From the NCBI GenBank assembly GCA_048213135.1, contig PS015009.1, forward strand, positions 248,001 through 312,000: a stretch of 64,000 bases of DNA, in the 5' to 3' direction. The stretch's first letter is position 1. Every line of letters starts with the position of its first letter. The translations under genes were made by a program, and so were the position numbers. The notes beneath the pieces were generated by a model. The model was not told where the DNA came from. It saw only the letters and a list, made by a program, of their open reading frames with translations, and searched no databases. Of the stretch, positions 9,020 through 17,830 are shown in pieces. This DNA is from Reclinomonas americana ATCC 50394. Lineage: Eukaryota.

Positions 9020-10741
9020 ATGAAACGGCTGCTCTTCTCTTCCTTTGTCCTGTTCTCCTTTTATTACGCCAGCGCACAGCTTACCCGTTTTGAGAAAAGT
9101 GGCGGCAAAGAATCATCACCCTATTTCGAAGCAATTGACTGGTACAAACAAATGGATAAGCAGTCGGCACAGGTGATGATAAAAGAAATGGGGCCTACCG
9201 ATGCGGGCTATCCCCTGCACCTGGTGCTGGTAAGCGGCGACGGGAAGTTTGATCCCGTACAGTGGCATAAACAAAACAAAGCCGTTATCCTTATCAACAA
9301 TGGTATACACCCCGGCGAACCCGACGGTATTGATGCCAGTTTGATGCTGGTAAGGGATATCATACAAAAAAAAGTAAAACTGCCGGAGAATGTAGCGCTC
9401 GCCTTTATTCCCGTATATAATATTGGCGGTTGCCTGAACCGCGGTTCTTACTCCCGCGCCAACCAGAACGGCCCTGTTGAATATGGCTTCCGCGGCAATG
9501 CGCAGAACCTCGATCTTAACCGCGATTTTACCAAGAATGACAGTCGCGAAGCCCGCAGCTTTGCGCAGATCTTTCATTGGCTGGACCCGGACATTTTAAT
9601 GGACAATCACGTAAGTGATGGTGCCGACTACCAGCATACCATGACCCTGCTCACCACCCAGTACGACAAGCTGGGCCCGACCCTGGGGCAATGGCTGAAG
9701 ACCACATTCGAACCCGAACTGTATAAAGGCATGGCGGAAAAAAAATGGGACATCATTCCTTATGTCGATTTTGAATACAGCAGTCCTGACAAAGGCATGC
9801 GCATGTTCTACGATCCGCCGAGGTATTCATCCGGTTATGCCGCTTTGTTTCAAACCATCGGGTTTGTACCTGAAACACATATGCTCAAACCCTACGATAT
9901 GCGGGTGCGCTCTACTTATGCGCTGATGCAAACGCTGATAGAAAAAACAAGCATCAATGCCACAGCGCTCATCAGTCAACGCAGGAAAGCAAAAGCCGAT
10001 GTACTGGCTCAAACACAATTCCCCTTTACCTGGTCGGCCGACACCAGCAAGTATGACTTCATCACTTTCAAAGGATATGAACAGGCATTCAAACCCAGTG
10101 ATGCGACCGGCTTGAACAGGATGTATTACGACCGCACCAGGCCCTATACCAAACAGGTGAAATTCTTTGACGTATTCAACCCGTCGAATATAATCACGGC
10201 GCCCAAAGCCTATATCATACCGCAGGGCTGGTATCCCGTTGTGGAACTGCTGGCACTGAACGGCATCAGCATGCAGCGTTTTAAGAACGACACAACTATA
10301 GAAGTTGACGCTTACAAAATCGACGATTACAAATCCATGCCACGGCCTTATGAAAAACATCACAAAAATTCAGCGGTAAAAACCACAACCGTAAAACAAT
10401 CTATCCGCTTCCTGAAAGGCGACTACTATATACCCGTTGACCAGCCCGGCAAACGGTACATTATAGAAATGCTGGAGCCCACCGGCGATGACAGTTTCTT
10501 TGCCTGGAATTTCTTCGACGGTATTCTGCAGCAAAAAGAAGGCTACAGCGACTACCGCTGGGAAGACCTGGCCGCGGAAGTGCTGAAGAACACACCCGGA
10601 CTGAAAGAAAAGCTGGAAGAAAAGAAAGCCGCCGATAGTAAGTTCGCCGCCAATGGTTCGGCGCAACTGGATTTCATTTACAGAAATTCGCCGTATTATG
10701 AGCCGTCGCATAACAGGTATCCTGTCTACAGAATGAATTGA
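9020..10741 (+). CDS. M14 family zinc carboxypeptidase-like protein
   Basis: Signal peptide, GIHPGEPDG (HxxE), NLDLNRDF, DNHVSDGADY. Confidence 0.88.
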   Translation: MKRLLFSSFVLFSFYYASAQLTRFEKSGGKESSPYFEAIDWYKQMDKQSAQVMIKEMGPTDAGYPLHLVLVSGDGKFDPVQWHKQNKAVILINNGIHPGEPDGIDASLMLVRDIIQKKVKLPENVALAFIPVYNIGGCLNRGSYSRANQNGPVEYGFRGNAQNLDLNRDFTKNDSREARSFAQIFHWLDPDILMDNHVSDGADYQHTMTLLTTQYDKLGPTLGQWLKTTFEPELYKGMAEKKWDIIPYVDFEYSSPDKGMRMFYDPPRYSSGYAALFQTIGFVPETHMLKPYDMRVRSTYALMQTLIEKTSINATALISQRRKAKADVLAQTQFPFTWSADTSKYDFITFKGYEQAFKPSDATGLNRMYYDRTRPYTKQVKFFDVFNPSNIITAPKAYIIPQGWYPVVELLALNGISMQRFKNDTTIEVDAYKIDDYKSMPRPYEKHHKNSAVKTTTVKQSIRFLKGDYYIPVDQPGKRYIIEMLEPTGDDSFFAWNFFDGILQQKEGYSDYRWEDLAAEVLKNTPGLKEKLEEKKAADSKFAANGSAQLDFIYRNSPYYEPSHNRYPVYRMN

Positions 10742-10757
10742 TCAGGAAGTAAAAAGT

Positions 10758-10844
10758 GGGCGTGTCCCTGCGGGCCGGGCTATCCACTGCAAGTCCTCCC
10801 CCTCGTACCTCGGGGTCCGGGCTTTCCGCTGCTATCCCTCACGC
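10758..10844 (+). ncRNA. Flavo-1-like structured RNA / intergenic repeat
   Basis: GGGCGTGTCCCTGCGGGCCGGGCTATCCACTGC...GGGCTTTCCGCTGCTATCCCTCACGC, with a GCGTG/CACGC closing stem and an internal direct repeat. Resembles the Flavo-1 motif from memory, not verified. Confidence 0.55.
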
Positions 10845-11104
10845 GGCTTCTTCCGAAATCGTTGCCCGCCTGTCAGCACAATCATTACTTCGCAATAGCT
10901 ACAGTAACTTTTTCACAGAGATGCTCCGTGTCTCTCTGTGAAAACCCTTCGTGTTCCTCTGTGAAAAACATCTGCGCTTCCCCTGGTGTTACACTCGCCT
11001 GTCTTGATGTAAGACACAGGTATTACGCTTACTGGGTTCAGTACTATTAGCAAATTCCGCTTTGAAGAACGGTTTATGTATATTGCTTTTCGTAAACAGG
11101 GTTT

Positions 11105-11617
11105 ATGAAAAAATATGCCATTCCCGCGCTGATTGCACTACTCCTATTTTCCTGTAACAGCGGGAAACAGGACCAACCATTACCACCGCCCGCTATTGAC
11201 AGCAATGTTGTGAATGTTGATACCGACGACATGGAAATGAACCAGGCGATTTATGCTGCCCAGCAAACACTGTATCGTTTCGACAGCGCCCTGCAACTGG
11301 AAAATGACAGCCTGATGTGTATGCTCAAAGTCAGGTTTCCGGTAAGAGATGGTGGCGGTGAGCATATTTGGGTATATGATGTTCAAAAAACAGGCAGTGG
11401 CTACCGAGGTTTGCTGGACGACACCCCAATCTATCCTGAAATAACATATAAAATAAATGACACCGTCCCAATCAGCAGAAACGATATCAGCGACTGGATG
11501 TTTGTAAAAGACCGTCAGCTGGTTGGCGGTTTCACTACCCGGTTGCTGTATAAACGCATGACAAAAGAAGAACGGAAAGCATTTGACGATAATATGCCCT
11601 ATCGTGTAACTGAATAA
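11105..11617 (+). CDS. DUF2314/YegJ-like lipoprotein
   Basis: Lipobox LFSC; EMNQAI..AQQT, EHIWV, ISDWM and GGFT motifs. Confidence 0.8.
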   Translation: MKKYAIPALIALLLFSCNSGKQDQPLPPPAIDSNVVNVDTDDMEMNQAIYAAQQTLYRFDSALQLENDSLMCMLKVRFPVRDGGGEHIWVYDVQKTGSGYRGLLDDTPIYPEITYKINDTVPISRNDISDWMFVKDRQLVGGFTTRLLYKRMTKEERKAFDDNMPYRVTE

Positions 11618-11637
11618 GTCAATAAAATATTATTACC

Positions 11638-12000
11638 ATGAAAACAACCATCCTCTCCACCATCCCTGTTCTCCCCACCACCGACATCGCCAGGGACACC
11701 GCCTGGTATAAAGATAAACTCGGACTGGAAACCCATTTCGCCGATAACATGTACGCCGTACTTTACCGCGATAATCTTTGCCTGCACCTGCAATGGCACG
11801 CCGATACAGAGAATGACCCTCTGCTCGGCGGTTCTGTAGTGAGGATACTGGTAAAAGACATTCAGCCACTGTTTGAAGAACTGCTGGAAAGAGGGACCGT
11901 AAAACGGGACCAATTCAAAGCCAACACGCCCTGGGGCACCAACGAGTTTGGTTTTTTCGACCTGAACAAAAATGCCATTTTCATACTGGAGGATATCTAG
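11638..12000 (+). CDS. VOC/glyoxalase family protein
   Basis: IPVLP..DI...WY..KLG and PWGTNEF...DLNKN motifs. Confidence 0.85.
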   Translation: MKTTILSTIPVLPTTDIARDTAWYKDKLGLETHFADNMYAVLYRDNLCLHLQWHADTENDPLLGGSVVRILVKDIQPLFEELLERGTVKRDQFKANTPWGTNEFGFFDLNKNAIFILEDI

Positions 12001-12240
12001 CCTCCTGCTAAATCCGGCTTCTTCATTTTTAGTTTTTTACTTACTATTTTTTACTTTTTTGTTTATATTGTGTAATTCCTATCCATAAAACCAGGCCCTA
12101 AAATCATTATCCGCCCTGCCAGCAACAAAGAAAGTACCCTGCCGATTGCCTGTTTCCCGTGGTTTTGCTGAAGGTAAAATAATAGTGTGCTGAAGTACTG
12201 ATTGTGCGGCGCATTGCTGTGTAACCTAAAACTCTACTAT

Positions 12241-12696
12241 ATGGCAAGACTGTATTATGACCAACCGGCACCACCCCAGGTAAAGTCACTCACCGATCAA
12301 AGCGGCGGTGGCAGCGGGGGTAACAACGCCGGAGGAAAAAGCATCAGCGATTACCTCGAAAAAGTATCCCGCCTGATTCCTGCAGAAGTACTGGCCGGTT
12401 ACCTCACCATGATGGGCTTTGTAGGCTCCATCAGTGGCGTGGAAACACAAAAGATCGTAAACTGGGTGATCTTCGGCGCATGCCTGGTACTTACACCGCT
12501 CTACCTGAACAATGTGGCGGAGCCCAACAGGCCGAAACGCAACCACCTGATCATTTCCACAGTTGCCTTTATTGTATGGGCTTATGTAACCACAGGCGGC
12601 CAGTTACTGGGACCAGACCTGTTCAGCCAGGCCATTGGCTCCATTGTACTGATCATGTTCAGTCTTGTCAGTGCGCTTATTCCATTGAATAAATAA
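12241..12696 (+). CDS. hypothetical 4-TM membrane protein
   Basis: ATG at 12241 after an AT-rich leader; YLEKVSRLIPAEVLAGYL followed by four hydrophobic segments. Confidence 0.75.
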   Translation: MARLYYDQPAPPQVKSLTDQSGGGSGGNNAGGKSISDYLEKVSRLIPAEVLAGYLTMMGFVGSISGVETQKIVNWVIFGACLVLTPLYLNNVAEPNRPKRNHLIISTVAFIVWAYVTTGGQLLGPDLFSQAIGSIVLIMFSLVSALIPLNK

Positions 12697-12715
12697 TTTT
12701 CCCCAACCCGATTGT

Positions 12716-12748
12716 CCCCTGTTGGTTCATACCGGCAGGGGCTTTTTT
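12716..12748 (+). terminator. intrinsic terminator
   Basis: CCCCTGTTGGT-tcat-ACCGGCAGGGG plus CTTTTTT. Confidence 0.7.
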
Positions 12749-12772
12749 AAGCGGGAAAATAAAACAGGATAT

Positions 12773-13708
12773 ATGTTTGAAAACATTATGACTATAGGCG
12801 GCTTTATTCTTACCGTAGCGTCCGCGATTTATGCGGTTTGGGTATACCGCAAAACCAAACGGAATACGGCTTTATTATTCAGGAAGCTGGAGTGTTATAC
12901 GTTATTCGCACCGGATGTAAACCGGCTGAACATAGAACTGAGTTATAATAACCTGTCTATCAAAAATAACCTCATCTTATTGCGGGGCTGCCTGGTCAAT
13001 ACCGGGCAGGCAGATATCGACAAAAACAGGATATTCAGACCTCTGAAAATAGTCGCTGAACAAAACTATAAATGGCTGGAGGCCCGGCAGATATCAGTTC
13101 CGGGAGGAGCGGCAACAAGTATTGAGATCATTTCAAGTTCAGAAATACTGATCCAGTGGGACCTGTTGAAGGCAAATGAAAAAATTGAATTTGAGTGCCT
13201 TGTAGAAATAGAAGGAACGAAGTCCGTTGACTATAATACGACTGTGGAATTTATCAATAGTCTCCGGTTCGATTACAGGATTACCGACCTGCAATCCATC
13301 AGCAGGGAAAAAGAAGAGGTTTTTAAGACCGATGGCAGAATGGTAAAATTCTTTTTTAAAGTCGCTCCCTGGTTCATATTCCTTTTTTCATTTCTCTTTA
13401 TCTGGTCAGCCATAGTTCCTGATTCATCTTTCGGAGTAGGTGGCAGCCGCGATGTCAGGTTCATCATTACCGACAGCAGTAAAACAAAGCTGGTAACATT
13501 GGTATCACAGCAAAAAGGATATGTCCAGGTAACTGATGAAAACGAGGAGTGCAGGAATATAGCCATAACTGAATTCAATTCAAAATACAGGTTGTCCTCA
13601 ATCGGGGATACAAAGGCAAATTATAGTTCAAGGTTCCTGTCATTATTCATGGGACTTATAGCTATTTTGGTGGGACTGGGCATATTCATAACCGGCCGGA
13701 AAGTATAA
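12773..13708 (+). CDS. hypothetical membrane protein
   Basis: N-terminal TM, soluble beta-rich domain (NTGQADI), two further TM segments; start set at MFENIM. Confidence 0.7.
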   Translation: MFENIMTIGGFILTVASAIYAVWVYRKTKRNTALLFRKLECYTLFAPDVNRLNIELSYNNLSIKNNLILLRGCLVNTGQADIDKNRIFRPLKIVAEQNYKWLEARQISVPGGAATSIEIISSSEILIQWDLLKANEKIEFECLVEIEGTKSVDYNTTVEFINSLRFDYRITDLQSISREKEEVFKTDGRMVKFFFKVAPWFIFLFSFLFIWSAIVPDSSFGVGGSRDVRFIITDSSKTKLVTLVSQQKGYVQVTDENEECRNIAITEFNSKYRLSSIGDTKANYSSRFLSLFMGLIAILVGLGIFITGRKV

Positions 13709-13767
13709 TAACAGGCCGCATTATCATCGGCATTATTTCTTAACTTAACTCTGCCAAATCAATTGAT

Positions 13768-14130
13768 ATGCTCAGCAGTAAGCCTAAGAATATTGATGAA
13801 TACATGATCGGTTTCCCGGAGGAAACACAACTGCTGATGGAAGAACTGCGGGAAACCATCCGCAAGGCTGCGCCCGAAGCCGAAGAAGTGATCAGCTACA
13901 GCATGCCGGCATTTAAGTGGCATGGTATACTGGTATATTTTGCAGGATACAAAAACCACATCGGGTTTTACCCGGGCTCAGGGGCAATTGTTACATTTGA
14001 AAAAGAACTGGTAAAATATAAAACATCAAAAGGAGCGATCCAGTTCCCGCTGGACAAACCTCTTCCGCTTGCACTGATCACTAAAATTGTAAAGCTGCGG
14101 GTGAAACAGAATAAAGAAAAGAAGAAATGA
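13768..14130 (+). CDS. DUF1801 (YdhG-like) protein
   Basis: IDEY...LRETIRKAAPEAEEVISYSMP...HIGFYP...SKGAIQFP. Confidence 0.88.
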   Translation: MLSSKPKNIDEYMIGFPEETQLLMEELRETIRKAAPEAEEVISYSMPAFKWHGILVYFAGYKNHIGFYPGSGAIVTFEKELVKYKTSKGAIQFPLDKPLPLALITKIVKLRVKQNKEKKK

Positions 14131-14133
14131 ATT

Positions 14134-14829
14134 ATGAACTACAGGAAGACCTTTCTTTGCTTACTACTGTTCCCGGGTTTTGCTTTTTGTTCTGCCCAGG
14201 ATGTAAATAAACTTACCGGTACGTGGTACGCCAAACCCGAACGCCGGCTTGAACATGCTACTGCTAATATTTATGCCCGGCATACAGGGAACAGCCCGGA
14301 AAAACTTGTCATTGACAAACAACTTCGTTATACCTATACCCGGCAAACCTTTAACCGGGTCGCCGTTACGGAAGGGCAAGTAAGCCTGAAAGGCGATACC
14401 ATCACATTTATTCCTGATGCAAAGTATGGCGGCATAAAAGAGGATTACTATTTATACCGGCTTAACAATAATGAACTGATCTATTCCTCATCGTTGATAC
14501 ATACCCAACTGAAAGAAAGGGATAATAGTATTTTTCAACCGGTAGAAGTCAGTGCTTCTTACAGCCTGGGCGACCAGGCACTGATGGCAGTTCTATACAA
14601 AGAGCTGGAAAAATTACCCGTAAAAGACACTGTACAACTGAACACGTACCGCATTGTCGTTGACACAACCGGCAAGGCCGATATCAGTACCCTGAAAGAA
14701 GTATATGCTTATCCTTCCTGTTTTGCCGCGATAAAAAGAGCCCTACAACATTTACCCGCACCATTTACTCCTGCGCAACAAAACGGCAACCCCGTGAAGG
14801 CGTGGATGAAATTTTCGATAACTTACTGA
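14134..14829 (+). CDS. secreted protein with TonB-C-like C-terminus
   Basis: Signal peptide, LTGTW beta domain, C-terminal PAQQNGNPVK...FSITY resembling TonB_C. Confidence 0.6.
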   Translation: MNYRKTFLCLLLFPGFAFCSAQDVNKLTGTWYAKPERRLEHATANIYARHTGNSPEKLVIDKQLRYTYTRQTFNRVAVTEGQVSLKGDTITFIPDAKYGGIKEDYYLYRLNNNELIYSSSLIHTQLKERDNSIFQPVEVSASYSLGDQALMAVLYKELEKLPVKDTVQLNTYRIVVDTTGKADISTLKEVYAYPSCFAAIKRALQHLPAPFTPAQQNGNPVKAWMKFSITY

Positions 14830-14848
14830 CCCAAATCAATTCAAAATA

Positions 14849-15694
14849 ATGAGAATCCTGTTTTTGCTGGTTATCGCCACAACCTTATCTCCTGCCTTAT
14901 TTTCACAATCAACCAACAGCAGACCATTTGTGCTGGGCATTACAGAAGACATCATTTCAAAAGAATTATCGGAAAAACGAACGCTGAATATTTACCTGCC
15001 GGACGGTTATAAAAAAGAGGATACTTCCCGCTACCCGGTGATCTACCTGCTCGACGGGGGTGCGGATGAGGACTTCATTCATATTTGCGGGCTGGTGCAG
15101 TTCAATAATTTTCCGTGGATCAACCGGGTGCCGAAGTCCATTGTAGTAGGCATCGCCAATACCGACAGGAAAAGGGACTTCACCTATCCTACCAGCGTTG
15201 AAGCAGATAAAAAGAAATATCCTACTACCGGCGCTTCAGCCCGGTTCATTGCCTTCCTGGAAAAAGAACTGCAGCCCTATATCAGCAAACAGTACCACAC
15301 CAGCAATACCAGGACCATCATCGGGCAATCGCTGGGTGGACTGCTGGCGGCGGAAATATTATTTAAAAAACCTCAGCTGTTTAATCAATACATAATTGTT
15401 AGTCCAAGCCTGTGGTGGGACAACGGGTCTTTACTGAAACAAAACCCATCCATATTGTCTGCAGACTATGAGCAACCTGCCGCTATCTACATTGGTGTGG
15501 GTAAAGAGGGCCTGGCCCCTACTGCTGAACCCCATGTAATGGAAGTGGATGCCAACCTGCTCGCGGAAAAAATTAGAGCAACCAAAAGTAAAACCATTAC
15601 CGTTCACTTCGACTACCTGCCGCAGGAAGATCATGCTACAGTAACGCACCAGGCGGTGTTTAATGCCTTCAGGTTATTGTACCCGGCCCGGTAA
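14849..15694 (+). CDS. alpha/beta hydrolase (IroE/BesA-like esterase)
   Basis: YPVIYLLDG, RKRDFT, GQSLGG nucleophile motif, SPSLWW. Confidence 0.88.
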   Translation: MRILFLLVIATTLSPALFSQSTNSRPFVLGITEDIISKELSEKRTLNIYLPDGYKKEDTSRYPVIYLLDGGADEDFIHICGLVQFNNFPWINRVPKSIVVGIANTDRKRDFTYPTSVEADKKKYPTTGASARFIAFLEKELQPYISKQYHTSNTRTIIGQSLGGLLAAEILFKKPQLFNQYIIVSPSLWWDNGSLLKQNPSILSADYEQPAAIYIGVGKEGLAPTAEPHVMEVDANLLAEKIRATKSKTITVHFDYLPQEDHATVTHQAVFNAFRLLYPAR

Positions 15695-15769
15695 TGATTG
15701 CGGAATTACCGTTTTCTTAACAGGCATTCCCTGCACATCTGCGTTCTTGTTTCAACCAGCACATTGCTT

Positions 15770-16339
15770 ATGAACCTGTCACGGATTATTGTTCCTTTCC
15801 TTTTATTCTGCTATACCGGGCAGGAAGTAGTTGCCCAAGAAGCTGCCATTACCGACCTCAACAGTTGCGACCGGCTGTATTATGTAAATAAGGACATCAT
15901 CAAGGCGCTGAAAAAATCGCCAGACTCCTGCTTTTGGTTCCATAACGAGGAACTGGTGATCTGGTACAACAGTAAAAAGACGAAGACCCTGGAACCGGGT
16001 ACTTTTTATATTATGAACCACGGCCCCAATAAACTGCTCACTTTCCGGATCATAAAGATCGATTTTGAGGTGATCAGGGATAAACATGACAAAACCGATT
16101 ACTCCACCAATCCCGGGTTTCTGTTCACACTTTTCTTCCAGGATTCGCTGCCCCGTTGCGGGCGAATGATCGCTACTTTAAGTCTCCATACCCCGTTTGC
16201 CCGGAAAACGGAGATCAGGGCAATGTTTGTGGAAATATCCTATTTTGGGCAGACTTATTACAAATGGTTCATTAAGGAAGCCACGGAATCAGCCGGGAAA
16301 GAGATTAATCTCCCATTCAAGAAGCTGGATACCAATTAG
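15770..16339 (+). CDS. hypothetical secreted protein
   Basis: Signal-peptide-like MNLSRIIVPFLLFCY...AQ; no recognisable family. Confidence 0.6.
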   Translation: MNLSRIIVPFLLFCYTGQEVVAQEAAITDLNSCDRLYYVNKDIIKALKKSPDSCFWFHNEELVIWYNSKKTKTLEPGTFYIMNHGPNKLLTFRIIKIDFEVIRDKHDKTDYSTNPGFLFTLFFQDSLPRCGRMIATLSLHTPFARKTEIRAMFVEISYFGQTYYKWFIKEATESAGKEINLPFKKLDTN

Positions 16340-16473
16340 TTAGGCTCAGTTTGCTTAAAAGCTCCATAAACAGCTGCTGCTGAAGAGTGCGACGCCACTG
16401 AAGCCCAACCCGGGAACCGCTGCCGGTAACCAAAAAAACCGCTCAAAATGGCCCCGGATCGGCTGAAAAGCCC

Positions 16474-16481
16474 TACCTTTG
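16474..16481 (+). promoter_or_regulatory. -7 promoter element for rpsF operon
   Basis: TACCTTTG matches TAnnTTTG. Confidence 0.7.
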
Positions 16482-16539
16482 CCGTCCGTTCGAAAAAGGG
16501 CGGATAAACACATTTTTTAAACAACCTAAATTCAGGGAA

Positions 16540-16893
16540 ATGAACAACTACGAATTGATGGTGATTTTTACCCCTGTGCTGTCTGAGGAGGACTTTAAAG
16601 CCGCTCAGAAAAAATATACCGACCTCGTTATTGAGAACGGAGGTGAGGTACTGCACTCTAATCCCTGGGGACTGAAATCACTGGCGTACCCCATTGCCAA
16701 AAAGACCACTGGTCTGTACTGGGTAATGGAATACAAAGCGCCATCCAGCTTCAATGAAAAGTTGAAAATTCAACTTTTGCGTGACGAATCACAGATGCGT
16801 CACATGTACACTGCACTTGACAAATACGCCGTTGAGTACAATACTAAGAAACGTGGCGTACAACATTCTTCAACCGAAAAAGCGGAGGCATAA
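16540..16893 (+). CDS. rpsF: 30S ribosomal protein S6
   Basis: YELMVIFTP...[10 protein letters not shown] motif. Confidence 0.97.
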   Translation: MNNYELMVIFTPVLSEEDFKAAQKKYTDLVIENGGEVLHSNPWGLKSLAYPIAKKTTGLYWVMEYKAPSSFNEKLKIQLLRDESQMRHMYTALDKYAVEYNTKKRGVQHSSTEKAEA

Positions 16894-16895
16894 TC

Positions 16896-17159
16896 ATGGC
16901 AAAGAATGAAATCAAATACTTAACAGCGATCAAAGCTGAGAAGCGTCCAAAGAAATACTGCCGCTTTAAGAAAATGGGTATCCATTATATCGATTATAAG
17001 GATGCTGACTTTTTGAAGAAGTTCCTGAACGAACAAGGCAAACTGTTACCACGTCGTATCACCGGCAACTCACTGAAATACCAGCGTAAAGTGGGTGACG
17101 CGATCAAAAAGGCACGCCAGATGGCTATCCTGCCTTATGTAACGGATCTGTTGAAATAA
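16896..17159 (+). CDS. rpsR: 30S ribosomal protein S18
   Basis: KYCRF...IDYKD...[10 protein letters not shown]...[13 protein letters not shown]. Confidence 0.97.
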   Translation: MAKNEIKYLTAIKAEKRPKKYCRFKKMGIHYIDYKDADFLKKFLNEQGKLLPRRITGNSLKYQRKVGDAIKKARQMAILPYVTDLLK

Positions 17160-17236
17160 AATAATTCTTAACCACCCTAATCCGCCGGCTGGCGGAGAAA
17201 GTCCGAAAAAAAGGATTGGGTAAAAATGCAAAAAAT

Positions 17237-17683
17237 ATGCAGGTAATATTAATTCAAGATGTAAACAACCTGGGCGGAGCAAACGAACTGGTTACTGTAA
17301 AGAATGGTTACGGCCGTAACTACCTCATTCCTCAAAAGTTTGCGGTAGAAGCCAATCCTTCTAACCTGAAACAACTGAATGAAAAGTTGAAACAACAGGC
17401 GAAGAAAGAAGCGAAATTACTGGCTGAACTGAACAGCGTGATCGCGGTACTGAAAGACGGTACCCTGAAGATCGGCGCTAAAACAGGCACCAGCGGTAAG
17501 ATCTTCGGTAGCGTAACATCTGTTCAGATAGCCCGCGCTATTAAAGAACAAAAAGGTTACGAAATCGACCGTCGCCGTATCAGCATCATCGACGAGGTGA
17601 AAGAACTGGGTACTTATAAAGCAAAGATCGACTTTGGTAACGGTAACGAAACTGAGGTTGAATTTGAAGTAGTAGCTGAGTAA
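17237..17683 (+). CDS. rplI: 50S ribosomal protein L9
   Basis: MQVILIQDV..LG...VKNGYGRNYLIP and KIFGSVT; start set at ATG 17237. Confidence 0.97.
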   Translation: MQVILIQDVNNLGGANELVTVKNGYGRNYLIPQKFAVEANPSNLKQLNEKLKQQAKKEAKLLAELNSVIAVLKDGTLKIGAKTGTSGKIFGSVTSVQIARAIKEQKGYEIDRRRISIIDEVKELGTYKAKIDFGNGNETEVEFEVVAE

Positions 17684-17701
17684 TCTTTTTAAGATTTATA
17701 G

Positions 17702-17734
17702 AAAAGTCCCGCTAAAACAGCGGGACTTTTTATT
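17702..17734 (+). terminator. terminator after rplI (likely bidirectional)
   Basis: AAAAGTCCCGCT-aaaac-AGCGGGACTTTT. Confidence 0.8.
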
Positions 17735-17830
17735 TGCGGCATAGTTACCAATGTGCGAATATGCAAATATGCCGATGTGATAATTTTTCAGAACGCAGGA
17801 AGATTTTCATATTCGCATATCCGCACATTT

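Noticed and set aside
11105..16339. Integron cassette array
   Set aside because: No integrase and no repeated attC-like sites between the genes.
16357..16440. GC-rich segment GAAGAGTGCGACGCCACTGAAG upstream of the rpsF promoter as an ncRNA or S6:S18 leader
   Set aside because: Lies upstream of the -7 box, is single-copy in the window, and I could not derive a convincing structure.
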